The notes: generated by a model from the sequence alone, not told the origin. DNA of 64,000 nucleotides from Myxococcales bacterium (GCA_047601445.1 JASGJH010000001.1:1152001-1216000); one strand, 5' to 3'. Counted from the first letter of the stretch, positions 19,610 through 30,391 are shown. Made by a program: numbers and translations.

Positions 19610-21142
19610 TCACCTCCTCGGCATCCGATAGAGCGTCCAGCCGTCCGATTGGTAGGCGCGCGGAAAGGGCAGCCACGGGTTCTCGGTGAGCATGTAATCG
19701 AGGCCATAATCGAGGGCGATTTGCCGCGCTTCGTCGCCTGCCATGCCGCGATAGGCGGCGTCCAGCTCCGCTCGCGCGGCGAGTCCCTGTGCGCTGGGCA
19801 TCGCGCCCCCCGCCAGGCGCTCGAGGCGCGTCTCCCATTCGATGAGATCCTGCTCGGCCTGAGGCGCGTGCTTGAACGTCACGAACGCCGCCCGCTCGGC
19901 ATCGACGTAGAAGCTGTCCAAGATCGGATCGATGAGGAAGCTCGCCTCTGGATCCGTGTGTCGTTGAATCCAGCTGCCCACCGCCGTCGGTCGTCGACCG
20001 GGGAGTACCCAACTCCTCCGGACGTCCTCTCCGAACAGCTCGGCGGGCCCCCGTAGGAAGTAGAGCGACAGCGTCGCCGCGCCGAGCGCCGCGCTTGCGA
20101 TCCAAGCGAGGGAGAACCGACGGGACCCGCCCAGCTCGATAGAAGCCGAGGCGAGATAGCGGTCGCTCAGTCGCATGGTGAGCAGAAACCAGGTCAGCAG
20201 CGGGATCATCGTATCGCCGAAGCGAAACCAATAGAAGCGCAGCAATGTATGCCATCCGAGCCCCCAGATGACGAGGCCGGCGCAGAAGATCGCGGCAGCG
20301 ACCAGCACGTACTGCGACACGACCCGATAGCGCGCTTCGCGCCGGCGCAGGAGCAAGGCCGTGGCCACGCAAACTCCCAGCCACAGGGGCCACAGTCGCG
20401 ACGACCACGCCGACGGCAAGACGTGATGGGAGACGCGTAGCTCCACATAAATCTGGGCGCCGTTCGCGACGAGGTTGCGGTCATGTCCGCGTTCGACCTG
20501 GTAACCGACCAGAACCCAAAGCCCAGGCAGCCCCGTCAACGGCCCAGGCCACGCGCTCTTCGCAATCCGTCGCCACTGGGCGCGATGCTCCTTGAGCGCA
20601 AGGCAGCCGAGCGTGCACAGGCAGGCGTAGCTCCCGATCAAAGCGTGGAACGTGACGGCAAGCCCAAGCCAGGCGGCCATCGCCCGGTACCGATGACGGA
20701 CCAGCGCCGCCAGCGAAGCCACCACGGCGATGTACGCGAAGGGCTTGGTCTCGAGGGACTTGAGGACCCATTCGCCGGCGGCCAGGGATTGCGTGGGTAG
20801 GTAGGCATAGATCCAAGGGAGACAGAGCCACAACGAAACCCGGCAGGCGCGACACAGCGCGACCGCCGCGCTCGAGAACGCCAGGAAAATGAGACTCCGC
20901 CCCAGCAGCACCACCTGAGGAAACGACCAGGCCTTCAGCGCGGTGCCGGCCAGCACGTTGAACGCCCAGCGATAGCCAGCTGGACGATTCAGATACCAGT
21001 CGCGCGGCAGCCAGTGCGGGTCCATGTACTGCTTGGCGACCGGCAACACATCGTACTCGTTGCCCCGCAGCGGCCCGAGGCCGAGCATGGTCACGAGGCA
21101 ACCGGTCAGCGCGAGAACCGTCAAGACGGCCTGCAGCTCCAG
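19610..21142 (-). CDS. Polytopic membrane protein (DUF6798-like, possibly GT-C fold); start uncertain
   Basis: Many TM helices; NEYDVLP..DPHWLPRDWY, YVELRVSHHVLP, FVTFKHAP. Confidence 0.6.
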   Translation of the reverse strand: MELQAVLTVLALTGCLVTMLGLGPLRGNEYDVLPVAKQYMDPHWLPRDWYLNRPAGYRWAFNVLAGTALKAWSFPQVVLLGRSLIFLAFSSAAVALCRACRVSLWLCLPWIYAYLPTQSLAAGEWVLKSLETKPFAYIAVVASLAALVRHRYRAMAAWLGLAVTFHALIGSYACLCTLGCLALKEHRAQWRRIAKSAWPGPLTGLPGLWVLVGYQVERGHDRNLVANGAQIYVELRVSHHVLPSAWSSRLWPLWLGVCVATALLLRRREARYRVVSQYVLVAAAIFCAGLVIWGLGWHTLLRFYWFRFGDTMIPLLTWFLLTMRLSDRYLASASIELGGSRRFSLAWIASAALGAATLSLYFLRGPAELFGEDVRRSWVLPGRRPTAVGSWIQRHTDPEASFLIDPILDSFYVDAERAAFVTFKHAPQAEQDLIEWETRLERLAGGAMPSAQGLAARAELDAAYRGMAGDEARQIALDYGLDYMLTENPWLPFPRAYQSDGWTLYRMPRR

Positions 21143-21287
21143 GCCGTGATGCAAGGCTCGCCGCGTCGGAGAGCGAGGGCGACCGACCGCTGAAATCACG
21201 GCGTCCGTCAGTCGCCCGAGCGCGCGAGCGTTTGGAGATAGGCGGAATGGTGCAGTGCATCTTCGTTCGGCATGGCTATCTCCAGAT

Positions 21288-22070
21288 TTAGAATGTCTGC
21301 GACAGCGCACGCTGGACGTCGAGCAGCGAGTTCTTGCTAACGTCGAACAGGTGTTGCCACGGCCGATCCATGTCGATGATGAGCAACAACACCAGCGCGA
21401 CGGCCAAGTTGACCGCCATGGTCGAGAAGGGCGCACGAAGTCCGGATAGCCCTGCGCTGTACCCGAGCGCGATCAGGCACAGAAAGGCGATGGTGTACAA
21501 GGTCGCCAGCAGCACCAGCGGCAGGCGCTGATAAATCGCCTTGTTGATCCGCTCCTCCTGAATGTTGATCACCTCGTTCAGCGATTCGAGCAGGAGCGCG
21601 ACGACTTCCGAGTCGGGCTGCGCCAGCGCGAGCCTTCGCGCCTGGCTCCAGATGAGGTGATGAATCTGTTCGGATCGCGCGAGCGCATCGGGCAAGCTTT
21701 GCGGGTCGAGCTTGGTGACCAGAACGTCGACGTAAGCTCTGAGCTGCGCCTGGATTTCCGCCCCCTCTGGTGCCGCGACGGCGGTCGCCCGTAAGTAAGC
21801 GGTACCGATGGCGTTGGCCTCCTCAATCACCAGAGTCTTCCGCTCCGAGTAACGCGATTCGGCAATTCCAAAGCTAAAGGCCAGGAGGAGCCCCAATAGC
21901 GCGAGCATCGCTCCGAGCACGACCCCCACATGCGGCTCGCGCGTGTGGGCGCTTTGCACCTGGCGCGGGATCCGGGCAACGCGGAATCCGAGCTCTGCTC
22001 CTACGGCCAGCAGCAGAACTGTCAGCGCGAACACCGTAAGAACCCCCATGCCGTCCAACAGCGCTCGCAT
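21288..22070 (-). CDS. DUF4239/bestrophin-like membrane protein
   Basis: LLGLLLAFSF..EEANAIGTAYLR..LIIDMDRP. Confidence 0.75.
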   Translation of the reverse strand: MRALLDGMGVLTVFALTVLLLAVGAELGFRVARIPRQVQSAHTREPHVGVVLGAMLALLGLLLAFSFGIAESRYSERKTLVIEEANAIGTAYLRATAVAAPEGAEIQAQLRAYVDVLVTKLDPQSLPDALARSEQIHHLIWSQARRLALAQPDSEVVALLLESLNEVINIQEERINKAIYQRLPLVLLATLYTIAFLCLIALGYSAGLSGLRAPFSTMAVNLAVALVLLLIIDMDRPWQHLFDVSKNSLLDVQRALSQTF

Positions 22071-22166
22071 TGCTCGACTCCCCCGCACGAAGGCAAAGCA
22101 AGCCATGTACCGGGCCGACAAACTGGGGTGCGGACCCGTGCACCGGCTCCAAGGCCCGCCCCGCGC

Positions 22167-23597
22167 CTAGTGCCGAGTTTCGCGCGTAGCGCTCTCTCGT
22201 GCGGCAAAGGGCCAGCTTCCCTGGTCGGTTCCCGGCTCTTCAGGTTCCGCGGCATGGCTCATCAGGCTTCGCCGTTCCGCAGCGGCTCCAATGTCGCGCA
22301 CCAATTCGCTCGCGACCTCCGACACGATCGAAACGAGTTGTTCGCGGCTGGACTGGCACTCAGGGGAAGCCAGCGCCGTGGTCAAGAGCTGGCGAGCCGT
22401 GCGTCGACCGTCCTCCGACTCCAAGACTCGAGCGAACGCCGCGAGCGCGGCCAGGAAGGCGTGTTCGAATAGCGTGTGTGTGAGCCCGCGCGCCAAGGGC
22501 CAGGAACGTGTTCCCGCGAGGGCTTCGTTCGTTGTGAGCGCGGCCAGCTCGAGCGCTTGCTGTTGGGCGTGGGGGGCAGCCAGCATGGATTGAAGCTGAG
22601 CGACCACTGCATCGATCAACTCGCCTCGGTGCCGCGACAGACTTGCTTCCAGCGAATGGTGAAACGTCTTTTCCTCGAACTCCGTCTTGAGACGTTCGAC
22701 GACGCGCAACTGGACTTGATTGGTCACCTCATCGGTGATTGCGCGCGCGGCACGGCTCGACATGCGCTTGATCGCGTTGTCGCGGACGTTCTGCAGCTCC
22801 CCTCGGTAGATTCGCGAGTAAATTGATACCAGTCGAAACAGGCGAAAGACACGCAACCGCCCGGGCAGAAGCCCGAGGACGTCGTACCAGTGCACGAGCG
22901 GGTAGCGATACCAACGCTCCGACCGTCGTAGCGCGATGGCCCAGCCGATCCAGAAGTCGAGCCAAAACAGCGACAGAAGCGGTAGCTCCAGGCGTCCAAA
23001 ATGATCGACTGGCCAGCCGCTACGATCCACGGCTCGGTAGTAGTTCGCCTTGAGGGCGTCCTTCACCGGTCCATCGCGCCCCAGCAGGTCCATGAGCTCG
23101 GCCTGGTTCATCGTCGGCCAAAGCTTGGCGACCCCCTTCTCTTGGTTGGGTGGATGGTCCATCCCCGCAGGGTCCATCGCCACTCGGTCTGCCACCGCTT
23201 CGAGCAGCATGTCATTGGCTCCGGCAGCTTCGCTGTGCCGGAAGGCGTTCTCGCGCATGACGCGGAGGGTCAATCCACGCAGCGCGGCCACATGGGTAGC
23301 CAGCACCTCTGGGTCGGCGGGGCTATCGCCAAGCGATCGTAGGTAGTCTCGCGTGGCGTCCATTTCTCGCAGGAGGCCTTGGCTTGCGGGGTGCGGACGC
23401 ATCCCCTTGACCGGGTCGTAGAGCGCCACGAGGCCGGGGGCGACGCGCAGATACGTCGGCCGCAGCCACAGGTAAGTCAGGTCGAACCCGATCAAAGCCA
23501 GGTCGACCAGGGCGACAGCCACCATGAAGAGATCCCAGAGCACGCGTCGCCGTTCGCGGTCGTGCCAGACGCGCCGACTGATGCTCCTCCTCCCCAT
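22167..23597 (-). CDS. Ion-transport-like membrane protein
   Basis: TM helices, HWYDVLGLLP and an S4-like RLRVFRLFRLVSIY segment; no obvious pore signature. Confidence 0.6.
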   Translation of the reverse strand: MGRRSISRRVWHDRERRRVLWDLFMVAVALVDLALIGFDLTYLWLRPTYLRVAPGLVALYDPVKGMRPHPASQGLLREMDATRDYLRSLGDSPADPEVLATHVAALRGLTLRVMRENAFRHSEAAGANDMLLEAVADRVAMDPAGMDHPPNQEKGVAKLWPTMNQAELMDLLGRDGPVKDALKANYYRAVDRSGWPVDHFGRLELPLLSLFWLDFWIGWAIALRRSERWYRYPLVHWYDVLGLLPGRLRVFRLFRLVSIYSRIYRGELQNVRDNAIKRMSSRAARAITDEVTNQVQLRVVERLKTEFEEKTFHHSLEASLSRHRGELIDAVVAQLQSMLAAPHAQQQALELAALTTNEALAGTRSWPLARGLTHTLFEHAFLAALAAFARVLESEDGRRTARQLLTTALASPECQSSREQLVSIVSEVASELVRDIGAAAERRSLMSHAAEPEEPGTDQGSWPFAARESATRETRH

Positions 23598-23735
23598 CTG
23601 CTCAGGGTGGTCCCGTCAAGCGCTGCTCGTCAAACGGGCGCACGCGTGAGCGCCGAGGAACTGCTGACATCCTGTCGCACCGCTGATGCGCTTGGTGGCC
23701 GACTCGTACCCTGCTCACGCGCCAGCGACATGCGT

Positions 23736-24845
23736 TCAGAAAGGCTGCATGGTGTCGCAGTCGAGGTTCGAACCGGGCGCGACCCCGAGCATCCCCGTGA
23801 AGCGAGCGTAGAAGCCCAGGCGATCGGTGACACTGGGCGAGCGCGCGTAACCGCACTCGATGCCGCCGTTGATGATGTCTATGGTGAGGCCCATGCCGGG
23901 GTGCCGGCCCGCGGCCTCGTCGCTCGAACTCGGGACGAAGGCGCCGGTCATCACAGCATGGCAAGAAGGTTTGGGCGACTGAGCGGTCATCCAAAACCAG
24001 AAGGCCGTGCGGAAGGCAAGCGTTCCGTTCGACGTGACTAGGTCGGGGTTGCTCAGGGAATCGACCCCGAGCACGACCCCGAGTTGTCCGTAGTTGTAGT
24101 TCCAGCTCAACTGCAAAGGCCCGCGACCCTGGTAGGTCTTCCCCGGTTGGCAGGGATAAGTCGCGTTGGAGGCGTCGCAGTATTGGGTGCAGGCCCCGCC
24201 TTCGCAGCCGACCTCTTGAGTGAAGTAGAGACCCCACGCGAAGCGGCCGCCCGGAGCCGTATCCCAGCCACCCGTGGTCTCGTGCGCGATGTTGGCCAGG
24301 AAAGCTGCCACCTCCTGTTTGCGCTGGGTGTCGGTTCCGTGGGCTGCAAACGCCGGGTAGTAGGCTGCCGCAGCCAGGAATGCCGAGTAGGAGTAGAGCG
24401 CGGCGCGCTGCGGAAACATCTGTTCGAAGAGCGCCTGCGGTAGCAAGTCCGCGAGTTTGGCGTTGGGTTCAACAGGTCCTGCGTCGACCCCGGCTTGGGG
24501 GTCCGGCGGCGCCGGTTCGTCGTTCTTGGGCGTACTGGAATCGGCGTCAGCACTCGGCTCGGTGGAAAGCTGCGAGCCGTCAACGACACTGGCATCCTGT
24601 GCTGCCCGAGCTCCAGCGTCGTCGGCTCCGATCCCGCCTTGGTCGCCCTGATTTTGGGTATTCGGATCGACAGAAGCCGGCGCCGAATGAGACGCGTCGT
24701 CGTTCGCGCCATCGGGCGGTGCCAGCATGCCTGCGTCCGCGGTCGCCGACGGCGCTGGGAAGTCGCCTTGCCCGGGGTAACCTGTCGGAGCCAGGCAAGC
24801 CGATCCAAACACGAGCGCGCAGGTAGCGATGGCGACGTAACGCAT
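23736..24845 (-). CDS. GH19 chitinase, probable lipoprotein with a long low-complexity linker
   Basis: EVAAFLANIAHETTGG, YQGRGPLQLSWNYNYG, AFWFWM, IINGGIEC; lipobox-like FGSAC. Confidence 0.92.
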   Translation of the reverse strand: MRYVAIATCALVFGSACLAPTGYPGQGDFPAPSATADAGMLAPPDGANDDASHSAPASVDPNTQNQGDQGGIGADDAGARAAQDASVVDGSQLSTEPSADADSSTPKNDEPAPPDPQAGVDAGPVEPNAKLADLLPQALFEQMFPQRAALYSYSAFLAAAAYYPAFAAHGTDTQRKQEVAAFLANIAHETTGGWDTAPGGRFAWGLYFTQEVGCEGGACTQYCDASNATYPCQPGKTYQGRGPLQLSWNYNYGQLGVVLGVDSLSNPDLVTSNGTLAFRTAFWFWMTAQSPKPSCHAVMTGAFVPSSSDEAAGRHPGMGLTIDIINGGIECGYARSPSVTDRLGFYARFTGMLGVAPGSNLDCDTMQPF

Positions 24846-24980
24846 AGGCCTCCACACGGATGGAGCGCGTCCGCCTCGGGGTCGGGTCAATCAAAACATC
24901 AGACAGTTCGAAGCTCCAGCGTAAGCGCCGCTCGCGACGGTGGAATTGATGGTTGCTCGACATCTCTGAGCGCACTCGGC

Positions 24981-25496
24981 CTAGTACTCGATGCGGCCGC
25001 CCAGGGCCCACGAGGTCACGCCCGATGCCGTGGTCTGCACGTACACAAAGGGCTGCGCGGCGACGGCGAAGAACATGATCTGGTAGCCGACTCCGATGCG
25101 GCCCAGCGCCTCCGCATGTCCGCCCTGCTTGATGCGCGGTCCGGCCTGCATGAAGATGCGCAGATGCTGGATCGGGTACCACGCAAGCCCCGCCCCCAGG
25201 AAGTACTCGTGGGTCTTGCGCCCCGGGTGCCTCAACGGCCCCACCGACTGGCCCAGCACCTCGAAACCCACGCCATTGTACTTGCGATCGACCAGGTAGT
25301 TGTAGCCTACGCTGTACGAAACCACCTTGCGGAAGTCGTCGCCGGTCCAGCGCGTCCCATCGAAGCGCTGTCCCGCAAAGTCCAGCGTCACGTGATGGCG
25401 CCGTTCGCTGAACTGGCGCTGCATGCGCACGAAGTCCTCGGGCGTGGGCTGCACGCCGAACATGCCGAGAAACCAGACCAGGAACCCCATTACCAT
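24981..25496 (-). CDS. Hypothetical protein, probable small beta-barrel
   Basis: Alternating aromatic/Gly beta-strands; ends GGRIEY. Confidence 0.55.
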   Translation of the reverse strand: MVMGFLVWFLGMFGVQPTPEDFVRMQRQFSERRHHVTLDFAGQRFDGTRWTGDDFRKVVSYSVGYNYLVDRKYNGVGFEVLGQSVGPLRHPGRKTHEYFLGAGLAWYPIQHLRIFMQAGPRIKQGGHAEALGRIGVGYQIMFFAVAAQPFVYVQTTASGVTSWALGGRIEY

Positions 25497-25915
25497 GAGG
25501 CCCGTCCTTGGTTCGGGGGCAACGTGCAGCTGCAGGATTGGTTCACCGCCGGAGCGCCGGGCACCACCGGCGGGAACGAGCAGTCCTTGACGTAGGTCAC
25601 GACCGTGGCGAGCACGTAGCGCCCGAAGCCGTCGATGCCGGGGACCACGGCTTCGCCGCCTACTTTGCAGACCTCCTTGGCTATCAGCTCGCGGAAGTCC
25701 GCCTCGCGGCGCGGGATGGCGCGCGGTGAGAAGGCGTCGATCTCAATCACGCCGATTTCTCGGAGCGGCGGGCGCGGGCCCAGGTCGATCACGTCGAAGC
25801 TGCAACCTGCCTGGCGGGGCTTGCTCGCCGCGCGCCGCGTCCAGGTCACGCTGGGCGTGCATGCCGTCAAAAACGCGAAACCCAAGACGGCGCTCGAAGC
25901 GGCCACCCCGCGCAT
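25490..25915 (-). CDS. Hypothetical lipoprotein
   Basis: Lipobox LTAC; EIGVIEI..KEVCKVGGEAV. Confidence 0.55.
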   Translation of the reverse strand: MRGVAASSAVLGFAFLTACTPSVTWTRRAASKPRQAGCSFDVIDLGPRPPLREIGVIEIDAFSPRAIPRREADFRELIAKEVCKVGGEAVVPGIDGFGRYVLATVVTYVKDCSFPPVVPGAPAVNQSCSCTLPPNQGRASW

Positions 25916-26111
25916 GACAAGCCTCCCCATCCACGCGCGCGGTCCACGGCGCGAGCAAAGCAGACCAGGCCAGCGTTCGACCGCAATGGTCAGACTGCAG
26001 ACGGCCTCAGCAACGCTAGCACGCGAAAGTGTGCCGGGTCGCGCGCGCACCGGACGGCTGCGCGGCGTATCAAGCGGTCACGCCCAGATCGTGGAACCGA
26101 GCTACTGGTCC

Positions 26112-26946
26112 TCAGTTCCCATCCTGTGTCGGCCCCAACACCGTGTGGTGCGTGATCACCAGCGTCGTGTCGGAGACGAACCAGTCAAAGCAAGCCTTGG
26201 AAGGCCAGTGAGAATGTTCCGCCGTGCGCGCGTGGTAGACGTCGTAGTCGCCGATTTGCTTGCGCTCACGCGTACCCAGAGATGCCTCTTGCCCGTCGAT
26301 GCTGACGTCGAGATTGTAGAGCGCGTAGTCACCGCACTCGTCGTGCACTGCACAAATGGCGTCCCCCCGAGTTGTCGTGACCCCCTGCGGCAACTTGTCC
26401 GGGAAGGCATCCTGCTCGAGGTAGAAGGCCAGCGCATAGTCCGTTCGGAGCTCGAACGCGCTGTGCGCGCCCCCGCTGAACGCATTCCAAAGCCACGATG
26501 CGACGACCCCGGTGCCTTGCTCGACGGCGAATCCCGCCTCGGTACCCATAACCAGCACAATCCATTCGCCAGCGGCGGCGCCATCGATGCGAAGCCAATG
26601 CGTCTCCGCCGCCGGGAACGCGCCTCTCCGCCTGTTGCGCCTCCGCCGGGATGCTACCGGCGCCGATTTCAGTCACCGTGCCGCTCAAACTGACCTGCGT
26701 AAGACCGCTCTCCATATCTTCGAGCACCACGCCGTTGCGCACGTCGAACACGAGCGTGTCCGGTCGGGTTACGTCCGGGTTTGAGCATTCCGGCAGCATC
26801 ATCCCGGCGTCCGGCTCACCAGCGTGATCGGTGGTGCAGCCGGACAGTCCCAAGGCTCCGCACATGGCCAGGAGCGTACGACGTCGAGTACGAGTGCGGG
26901 AGCTTCCCGCAACGAGAGACACAAGCCTGCGACGACGCTGGTCCAT
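26112..26946 (-). pseudogene. Hypothetical lipoprotein split by a frameshift near 26630
   Basis: Frame with lipobox LSGC (ORF 26329-27087) continues as ETHWLRIDG..LVMGTEAGF in the frame of ORF 26112-26558. Confidence 0.5.
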
Positions 26947-27088
26947 GAGAACCTCGGGACGGGTTGGGGGGAGTCCGAACGCGCAGGAACCAGCCACCGG
27001 GCGCGGCCTATTCCTGGAATACGTCGATTCCGGGGTGAAGGTCGTGTGCCCACCTCGCGCTGAGAACATCGAGCACGACCGACGCACG

Positions 27089-27496
27089 TTACGTCGGGTC
27101 TAGGTCCGTGGGGCGCAACTGCACTCGCAGTGTGTAGGCGATCAGCGCGAGGGCGCAGACCGCCTCGAGCATGATCAAGGCGTTGATTGACGCGGACCAG
27201 CGCCAGGGCGGCAAGACGAGATAGTGCGCGAGCACGAGCATGCCCATCGCTCCGTACACGTAGTTCGCCGCAAAGGCCGCGCGCTCTTTCCCCTTCTTGT
27301 ACAGGCGGTATCCCGCAATTCCAAAAGGAGTCATCAGAAACCAAAACGCGTCGATGCGCATCGGACTGAGCCAAGACGGATCCTGGTATTCCGCGAAGCG
27401 AATGATGTTGTCTGCGTAGTGGGCGATGCTGGCCGCGATATTCATGACCAAAAGCACCGCGAAAACTCGCGCCTTCTTGCTGAGGTTCGCTGGCAT
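27089..27496 (-). CDS. Small 4-TM hypothetical membrane protein
   Basis: HYADN motif; four hydrophobic segments. Confidence 0.65.
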   Translation of the reverse strand: MPANLSKKARVFAVLLVMNIAASIAHYADNIIRFAEYQDPSWLSPMRIDAFWFLMTPFGIAGYRLYKKGKERAAFAANYVYGAMGMLVLAHYLVLPPWRWSASINALIMLEAVCALALIAYTLRVQLRPTDLDPT

Positions 27497-27625
27497 GACA
27501 GCTTCGTACCACCGGCTCGGCGAGACCTCTGTCACCGATCAGTCATGCGTCGCCGCCACCAGCGCGTTGGAGCCAACGATTTCGCGCCGCCGTCTGCTAG
27601 GCTCGCATCGATGCGGGAGGAGCCC

Positions 27626-28024
27626 ATGCGGCGATGGTTGGGAGTGGTCCTCATGCTCGCAGGCTGTGTCCCGGACGGCATCGCACGCGCCACATGCGAG
27701 AGCGAGATGCTGGCGACGGGAGACCCCGAGCACTGCAAGGTGTACGCAGACTTCGTCACCCAGAAGTCAGCCATCCACTTCGACTCGGAATCGCGCAATT
27801 TCGTGGCCCAAGTCCAGATCAGCCTGCGGGTCGCCAAGGGCACGCTGGACGTCGTCTATCGCGACCTCGAGGGGCCCCATCGGGTCACGATCACCCCACA
27901 GGCCCCCTTCGCGACGAGCATGGAGACCAAACTCCATCGCGAGACCCGCTCCTTCACGCTGGACTTCGAACCGCAGGGACGGGTCGAGGGGCTCAGCGGC
28001 ACCGTGGATTTCGCGACGCGGTGA
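27626..28024 (+). CDS. Hypothetical lipoprotein
   Basis: GGAGGAG RBS; MRRWLGVVLMLAGC lipobox. Confidence 0.7.
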   Translation: MRRWLGVVLMLAGCVPDGIARATCESEMLATGDPEHCKVYADFVTQKSAIHFDSESRNFVAQVQISLRVAKGTLDVVYRDLEGPHRVTITPQAPFATSMETKLHRETRSFTLDFEPQGRVEGLSGTVDFATR

Positions 28025-28076
28025 GATATCCTCGAGCACTATCACGATAGAAGTCACCAGACCTTGCCAGCACCTA

Positions 28077-28631
28077 TTGGCCTCACGAGCGCGAGCGAAC
28101 AACGGCCGCGCCTGGGTCAGGCTCCTCGTCTTTGGCATCGTGCTCGGGGCAGCCGGCTGCGCCAAGGACGAGTGCTCCGAGGTGGGCAGCCGCTGGTGCC
28201 GCGGCGACCAAGTCGTGACATGCGAAGAAGATGATGGCTCCGACACGTTCGGCCCGGGTTCGCGCAGCGGCCACGTGATCGAGGTCGAGGAAGACTGCGC
28301 CGAGGAGGGGCTGGCGTGCATCGAGCACAACGCCGAGCCCGCCTGCGGTTTCGCGAAGGTTCGCTGTCTGGATGGGCGCCCCTTGTGCGTCGGCAACTGG
28401 GCCGCCTCGTGCGCTGACGGCCGGAAACATCCCGAGGCAATCCAAGAGTGCAGCGGCGAGACCGCCCACTGCGTCGTGGGACTGCTCGAAGCGCATTGCT
28501 CCGCCATCGGCGAGATGTGCGACCCGGCCACGGCGGAACCGCGCTGCGTAGAGCCATGGATGGTTGCGTGCCTGGACGGCGCCTGGCTCACGCATGGGCC
28601 GGGTGGGTTCTCGACAGCGTGCCCCAAGTAG
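28077..28631 (+). CDS. Cys-rich hypothetical lipoprotein (start uncertain)
   Basis: LGAAGC lipobox followed by many spaced Cys. Confidence 0.6.
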   Translation: MASRARANNGRAWVRLLVFGIVLGAAGCAKDECSEVGSRWCRGDQVVTCEEDDGSDTFGPGSRSGHVIEVEEDCAEEGLACIEHNAEPACGFAKVRCLDGRPLCVGNWAASCADGRKHPEAIQECSGETAHCVVGLLEAHCSAIGEMCDPATAEPRCVEPWMVACLDGAWLTHGPGGFSTACPK

Positions 28632-28693
28632 CAGGGTGCCGAAGAGAGCTTCCCCCCGGGGATCGTGATAGCGTCCGCCCGGCCGGCAGCAGG

Positions 28694-29806
28694 ATGGACC
28701 TCGAAAGAAGCAGCGCGCACGCCCGCGCCCCCCGCGTCGTAGGGGTTCTCGCCGCCGGCATCCTGTGGGCCGCGAGCTCATCGACTGCACAGGCTAGTCC
28801 ACCCGAGCGGCCCGCGCTCAACTGGGTGCGCATGCCGGGAGCGGAGTCGTGCATCGATCCCAAGAACCTCGGCCGACGCGTCGAGGCCCTCACGGGGGCC
28901 GTTTTCGCCCTCTCCTCGGAAGCCGATTTCGTGATCGAAGCCCGGGTCGCGCCCACCGACCACGGGTTTGAAGCCCACGTCGTGACCCCTCCACGCCGCT
29001 CGACCTCGGCCGAAGCGGGAGAACGGGTGCTGGAGGCACCGAGCTCGGACTGTCATGCCCTCGATGAGGCGCTCGTCTTCGTCTTGGCCGTGGCCATCGA
29101 TCCCAGCCTGTCCGAGGCGGCCATCGGCGCGAACCTCGGCAGCTTCGCGCAGGAAGTACCGCCCGAGCAGAGTTTGCTCGTCGAGCTCGAGCAGCAGCCA
29201 CCCGTACCTGCGCCGCCGCCACAGGACGTCTCCACTCCCGCCGGGCCGAGCGCCTCGCTCCCTTCGCAGAGAGCTGAGGTGAAGCCCACGCAGCTCCATG
29301 GCGTGGTCGCTGCGAGCGCCAATCTACTGGGCTTGATGCTGCCCAAGACCCGCTGGGGGCTAGGAGTACTCGGTGACCTCGAGTTCTCCAAGCGCTTCGG
29401 CGTGCGCCTCGCGGTACGAGCTTTTCCGTGGGGCCCTCGCACCGCGCTTGGCAATGGTTCGCTCGCGGTCCAGGTCTATCAGTCCGCCCTGCTGGGCTGC
29501 CTGCAGGTGGTCCCGGTGGGCAACCTGACCTTCGCCCTGTGTGGTGGCGCGGAGCTCAGCTATGCCCGCGGAAGCGGCGAGCAATTCGTGAGAAACCACG
29601 CCCGATCCCTGTGGCTGCCGGCGCTGACGGCGAGCGTCACGGCGCGGGTCTCGCTGAACCCGCGCTTCGGTTTCCTGGTCGACGTGGCGGGTAGGGTGGG
29701 GTTCAGGTCGCCGGCCTTTTTTGCCGATCAGGGGGCCGCGCCGGCGACTTTCACCCCTGGTCGGTATGGCCTCGGCCTCACGCTCGGACCCTACTTCGAA
29801 TTTTAA
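28694..29806 (+). CDS. Secreted/outer-membrane protein of ECF cassette 1
   Basis: Signal peptide, N-domain with a Cys pair (ESC..SDC), Pro-rich linker, beta-rich C-terminus ending YFEF. Confidence 0.65.
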   Translation: MDLERSSAHARAPRVVGVLAAGILWAASSSTAQASPPERPALNWVRMPGAESCIDPKNLGRRVEALTGAVFALSSEADFVIEARVAPTDHGFEAHVVTPPRRSTSAEAGERVLEAPSSDCHALDEALVFVLAVAIDPSLSEAAIGANLGSFAQEVPPEQSLLVELEQQPPVPAPPPQDVSTPAGPSASLPSQRAEVKPTQLHGVVAASANLLGLMLPKTRWGLGVLGDLEFSKRFGVRLAVRAFPWGPRTALGNGSLAVQVYQSALLGCLQVVPVGNLTFALCGGAELSYARGSGEQFVRNHARSLWLPALTASVTARVSLNPRFGFLVDVAGRVGFRSPAFFADQGAAPATFTPGRYGLGLTLGPYFEF

Positions 29807-29842
29807 ACTGAGTTTTCCTCTCCGCCCCGCACCCACCTCCAC

Positions 29843-30391
29843 GTGACCGAGCATTTCCCCCAGCTGTTTCGCACTCACGCGCCGTTCGTGTGGCGTGTGC
29901 TGCGGCGCTACGGCGTGCGCGAGCAGGACCTCGAGGACGCCTGTCAGGAGGTGTTTCTGGTGGTGCACCGCCGCCAGGGAGACTTCGAAGGCCGCTCGAG
30001 CCTGCGCACTTGGCTCTACGGCATCGCACGCAAGGTGGCCTCCGGGTCACGGCGCACCATGCGCCCCACGGCCTCGGCCGAGGCGCTGGAGTTCGAATCG
30101 AACCTGCCAGTCTCGGAGAGCGATCCCGAGGCCGACCTGGACCGCAACCGAACCCTCCTCTGGCTCAACACGGCCCTGGGCGAAATCGACGAGGACCAGC
30201 GCGAGGTGTTCGTGCTCTACGAGCTCGAGTACCTGACCATGGCTGAAGTGGCCGAGGCGGTCGGCTGCAACGAAACCACCGCGCTCTATCGGCTCGAGGC
30301 CGCACGGGACAAGCTGCGTCGCGCGCTGAAGCGGCGGGCACTGGCGCGAACGTATTCGGCCCCGACGAATCTCAGGGAAGGTGTGCGATGA
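29843..30391 (+). CDS. ECF sigma-70 factor
   Basis: EDACQEVFLVV, SSLRTWLYGIA, region 4 EVAEAVG. Confidence 0.92.
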   Translation: MTEHFPQLFRTHAPFVWRVLRRYGVREQDLEDACQEVFLVVHRRQGDFEGRSSLRTWLYGIARKVASGSRRTMRPTASAEALEFESNLPVSESDPEADLDRNRTLLWLNTALGEIDEDQREVFVLYELEYLTMAEVAEAVGCNETTALYRLEAARDKLRRALKRRALARTYSAPTNLREGVR

